DNA of 64,000 nt from Acidobacteriota bacterium. GTDB taxonomy: Bacteria > Acidobacteriota > Thermoanaerobaculia > Gp7-AA8. Shown here one piece after another: positions 62,801 to 64,000 of this stretch. A program made the position numbers and the translations under genes. A model generated the notes under the pieces. That model made no database searches. It saw only the letters and a program-made list of their open reading frames with translations, and was not told where the DNA came from. The DNA lies in the NCBI GenBank assembly GCA_019244185.1, contig JAFATB010000022.1, forward strand, positions 192,001 to 256,000, in the 5' to 3' direction. How positions within the stretch are numbered: the first letter of the stretch is position 1; each line of letters starts with the position of its first letter.

Positions 62801-62938
62801 AGCACGCTCAACTATCGCGGCGGCAAAACGCGGGCGGGGAACGCGATCGTCAGTCTGAACGCGAGCGGACAGCTCGCGCTGAAGAACGAAGGCTCGAGTG
62901 TGAACGTGCTCATCGATGTCACCGGCTATTTCAAGTAA
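59810..62938 (+). CDS. Secreted NHL-repeat (beta-propeller) protein with Ig/PKD-like and shared C-terminal domain
   Basis: Repeated 'DGxGxxARF..PxGIAVD..GNVYVAD..IRKIT'; C-terminal LYLVTPCRVFDSR...IDVTGYFK. Confidence 0.88.
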   Translation: MLKPSNAFLRRTLPLCLALVLLAPSVFAQALTVTRFAGSDSGPGYADGTGSAARVHDVRAIATDAAGNGYIVDRTQNVIRKMTPSGVVTTFAGREGASGFADGRGAAARFDSPEGIAVDDRGYVYVADSANGRIRVISPEGVVTSLTPAYAFNWPDGVAVDNVGNVYVAEVTGHTVRVIRPNGAVSLVAGSAGVSGTADGIGAAARFGNIFSLTWNRATGELLVAESDRIRKITIDRATLQGTVATVAVPGNYVNAVTVDASGVLYAAVSTSVVLRVSGGVASIYAGSQYHLQGSNDGSLDAARFIFPSGIAAAPGGVLYVVDFGTTDVRKLAGGFVTTIAGTPVRYGSSGGTCDTTQFRYPTDTVVDSHGNVFVADQLVIAKITPACQVQVFAGSYDHYVSHDGTGVNAAFSSLGTLAIDANDNLYAVDANAIRKITPAGVVTTYAGVADQSGSANGNGINARFSSPFGIAVDASGNVFVADQNHVIRKITTSGDVSLVAGAVGQQGSSDGTAGAARFNVPAGMAFGADGTLYVADYMNDTIRKITMPDAVVSTLAGSPGQWGWTDGTGASALFDAPSDVVIGSDGRLYVSDGNHVIRQIVGNVVSTVAGRARQSGNVDGTGQIARFHTNGGLSADTQGNLYIADVAAYNVRRARLPGIDDVATASTTTPALHTTVQLGTAPATATSWQWSIVRRPSGSTAELSSSISRTPTFAPDVADVYTLMLRAEGAAGVRYSTIDVAPTDPCSPIASVVATLSGSSCVASGSTATVNVSGGGAVTYQWGWRSVSAGTITPLPGKTSSAYTIDAADFGAGSPAYLVATVTSECGVVTTSNEVPVSTGPSATISASSNVFANAADNYASVSAAGASATYAWSITNGTISAGQGTNRIVYTAGASGEVVLSVTVTDGCPTTSEVHVPVVPRPAGASMLYLVTPCRVFDSRNGAPLANHSIRTVAIGGSCGVPVDARSIAANITVVAPATTGWVSLFPDANNWPGTSTLNYRGGKTRAGNAIVSLNASGQLALKNEGSSVNVLIDVTGYFK

Positions 62939-63041
62939 GGTGACGTCGATTCTGTTTTGACAGAGCCCGAGAGTCACCTCAGATCCCTCATCGCGGCCGT
63001 GCCGGTGATCGCGTACCGCGCCGCCGGTACCGGGTCGCGCG

Positions 63042-63140
63042 GTGGTCTCGATGATCAACTTCGAGCCGGACCGATCCGGCGCTCGCGAACGGCATCATCG
63101 TCGGCCTCTCATCGGCGACAGGACCGTCCGTTGACAACGT
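63042..63140 (+). pseudogene. Frameshifted remnant of the stand-alone-domain gene (59269-59718)
   Basis: gtggtctcgatgatcaacttcgagcc(g)gaccga..gcgctcgcgaacggcatcatcgtcggcctctc..ggcgac matches ~59570-59665 with small indels. Confidence 0.85.
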
Positions 63141-63203
63141 TCGAACTCCAACGGCGCGCCGATTTTTCTTTGAGCATTTCGCGTTCCTCGCCGAAGGTCC
63201 ATC

Positions 63204-64000
63204 ATGCCCAAACCATCGGACGCACACGTGCGGCTCTCGTTCTGTCTCGTACTGCTCCTGCTTGCGTCCGCCTCGTTTGCACAGGAGCTCACCGTCACGC
63301 GTTTTGCCGGGACGGATGTGGGAAAGGGCCATACGGACGGCACCGGCAGCGACGCTCGATTCAGCATGCCCGAGGCGGTTGCTGTCGATTCCGCGGGCGA
63401 CGTCTACATCGCAGATTCCGAACAGAACGTCATACGCAAGATGACGCCGGCGGGGGTCGTGACGACGTTTGCGGGCCGGGTGGGCGTCGAAGGATCCGCT
63501 GACGGTCATGGCGGTGCGGCGAGTTTCTCAGCGCCGCGAGGAATCGCGGTCGACTCGCGCGGATACGTCTATGTCGCCGATCGTGATTCCGGAGCGGTTC
63601 GCCGGATCTCGCCGCAGGGCGTCGTAACTCACGTCGTCCCTGCCGGCACCTTTCAGTATCCGCAAGGGATCGCCGTGGACAACCTCGGCAACATCTACCT
63701 TTCAGACGGTTACTTCGGACAGGTTTATGTGATTCGTCCGGACGGCAACGTGTCGCTGGTGGCGGGATCCACGACACCGGGGCACGCCGACGGGATCAGT
63801 GATCAGGCGTCGTTCTACGCCATCTATGGACTTGCGTGGAACGCGCAGACCGGCGAGCTGCTCGTTGCAGATGATGATCGCGTTCGGAAAATCGCGATCA
63901 ATTCATCGACGCTGGTGGGAACCGTCACGACGGTCGCGGTTCTCGAACCCGACGTTTTGGCGGTCACGGTCGATGCGTCGGGCGTCGTTTACGCCGCGCT
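63204..64000 (+). CDS. Second NHL-repeat secreted protein, paralog of 59810-62938 (runs off window end)
   Basis: Manual translation MPKPSDAHVRLSFCLVLLLLASASFAQELTVTRFAG...; frame open to 64000; absent from the ORF track because it has no stop. Confidence 0.88.
   Translation, partial: MPKPSDAHVRLSFCLVLLLLASASFAQELTVTRFAGTDVGKGHTDGTGSDARFSMPEAVAVDSAGDVYIADSEQNVIRKMTPAGVVTTFAGRVGVEGSADGHGGAASFSAPRGIAVDSRGYVYVADRDSGAVRRISPQGVVTHVVPAGTFQYPQGIAVDNLGNIYLSDGYFGQVYVIRPDGNVSLVAGSTTPGHADGISDQASFYAIYGLAWNAQTGELLVADDDRVRKIAINSSTLVGTVTTVAVLEPDVLAVTVDASGVVYAA

Noticed and set aside
59570-63200. Duplicated segment as a DGR template/variable repeat
   Set aside because: The differences are indels and mixed substitutions rather than adenine-specific, and no reverse transcriptase is in the window.
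62957-63502. 181-aa ORF after the first NHL gene
   Set aside because: It reads through the pseudogene remnant and is out of frame with the real gene starting at 63204.
1-64000. Frequent GCGATCGC/CGATCG words as HIP1-like repeats
   Set aside because: Plausibly explained by codon usage (Ala-Ile-Ala); enrichment cannot be shown without counting.

Overview
GC-rich chromosomal window. Gene content and protein styles suggest Acidobacteriota, probably Thermoanaerobaculia (inference). In order it holds: a PA2779-like/C39-peptidase pair; rel; a GAF-GGDEF cyclase; a DAO-like oxidase; rpmB; pilMNOPQ followed by two lipoproteins, a TPR protein, an MglC-like roadblock protein, accB/accC, aroK and a metallophosphoesterase; a FecR/DUF6600 protein behind a candidate sigma54 enhancer; a ~2,650-aa adhesin with 11 tandem 384-bp DUF11 repeats and an IPTL-CTERM tail; MscS-cNMP and an NtrC-type regulator; two GT-C-like membrane proteins co-oriented with an exported phosphodiesterase and amidohydrolase; Uma2; tyrS; and a nucleotide-sugar cluster with an embedded rhomboid and a transglutaminase-like gene. 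The best candidate for an undescribed system is the final array (54.9-64 kb) of secreted proteins: two metalloproteases, an NHL protein and a passenger-free stand-alone copy all end in the same ~115-aa 'PCRxxDTR...DVTGY(F/Y)x' domain, and a tandem duplication has left a frameshifted remnant plus a second NHL paralog that runs off the window. No rRNA, tRNA, CRISPR array or transposase was seen. All family calls come from motif recognition by eye, not database searches.
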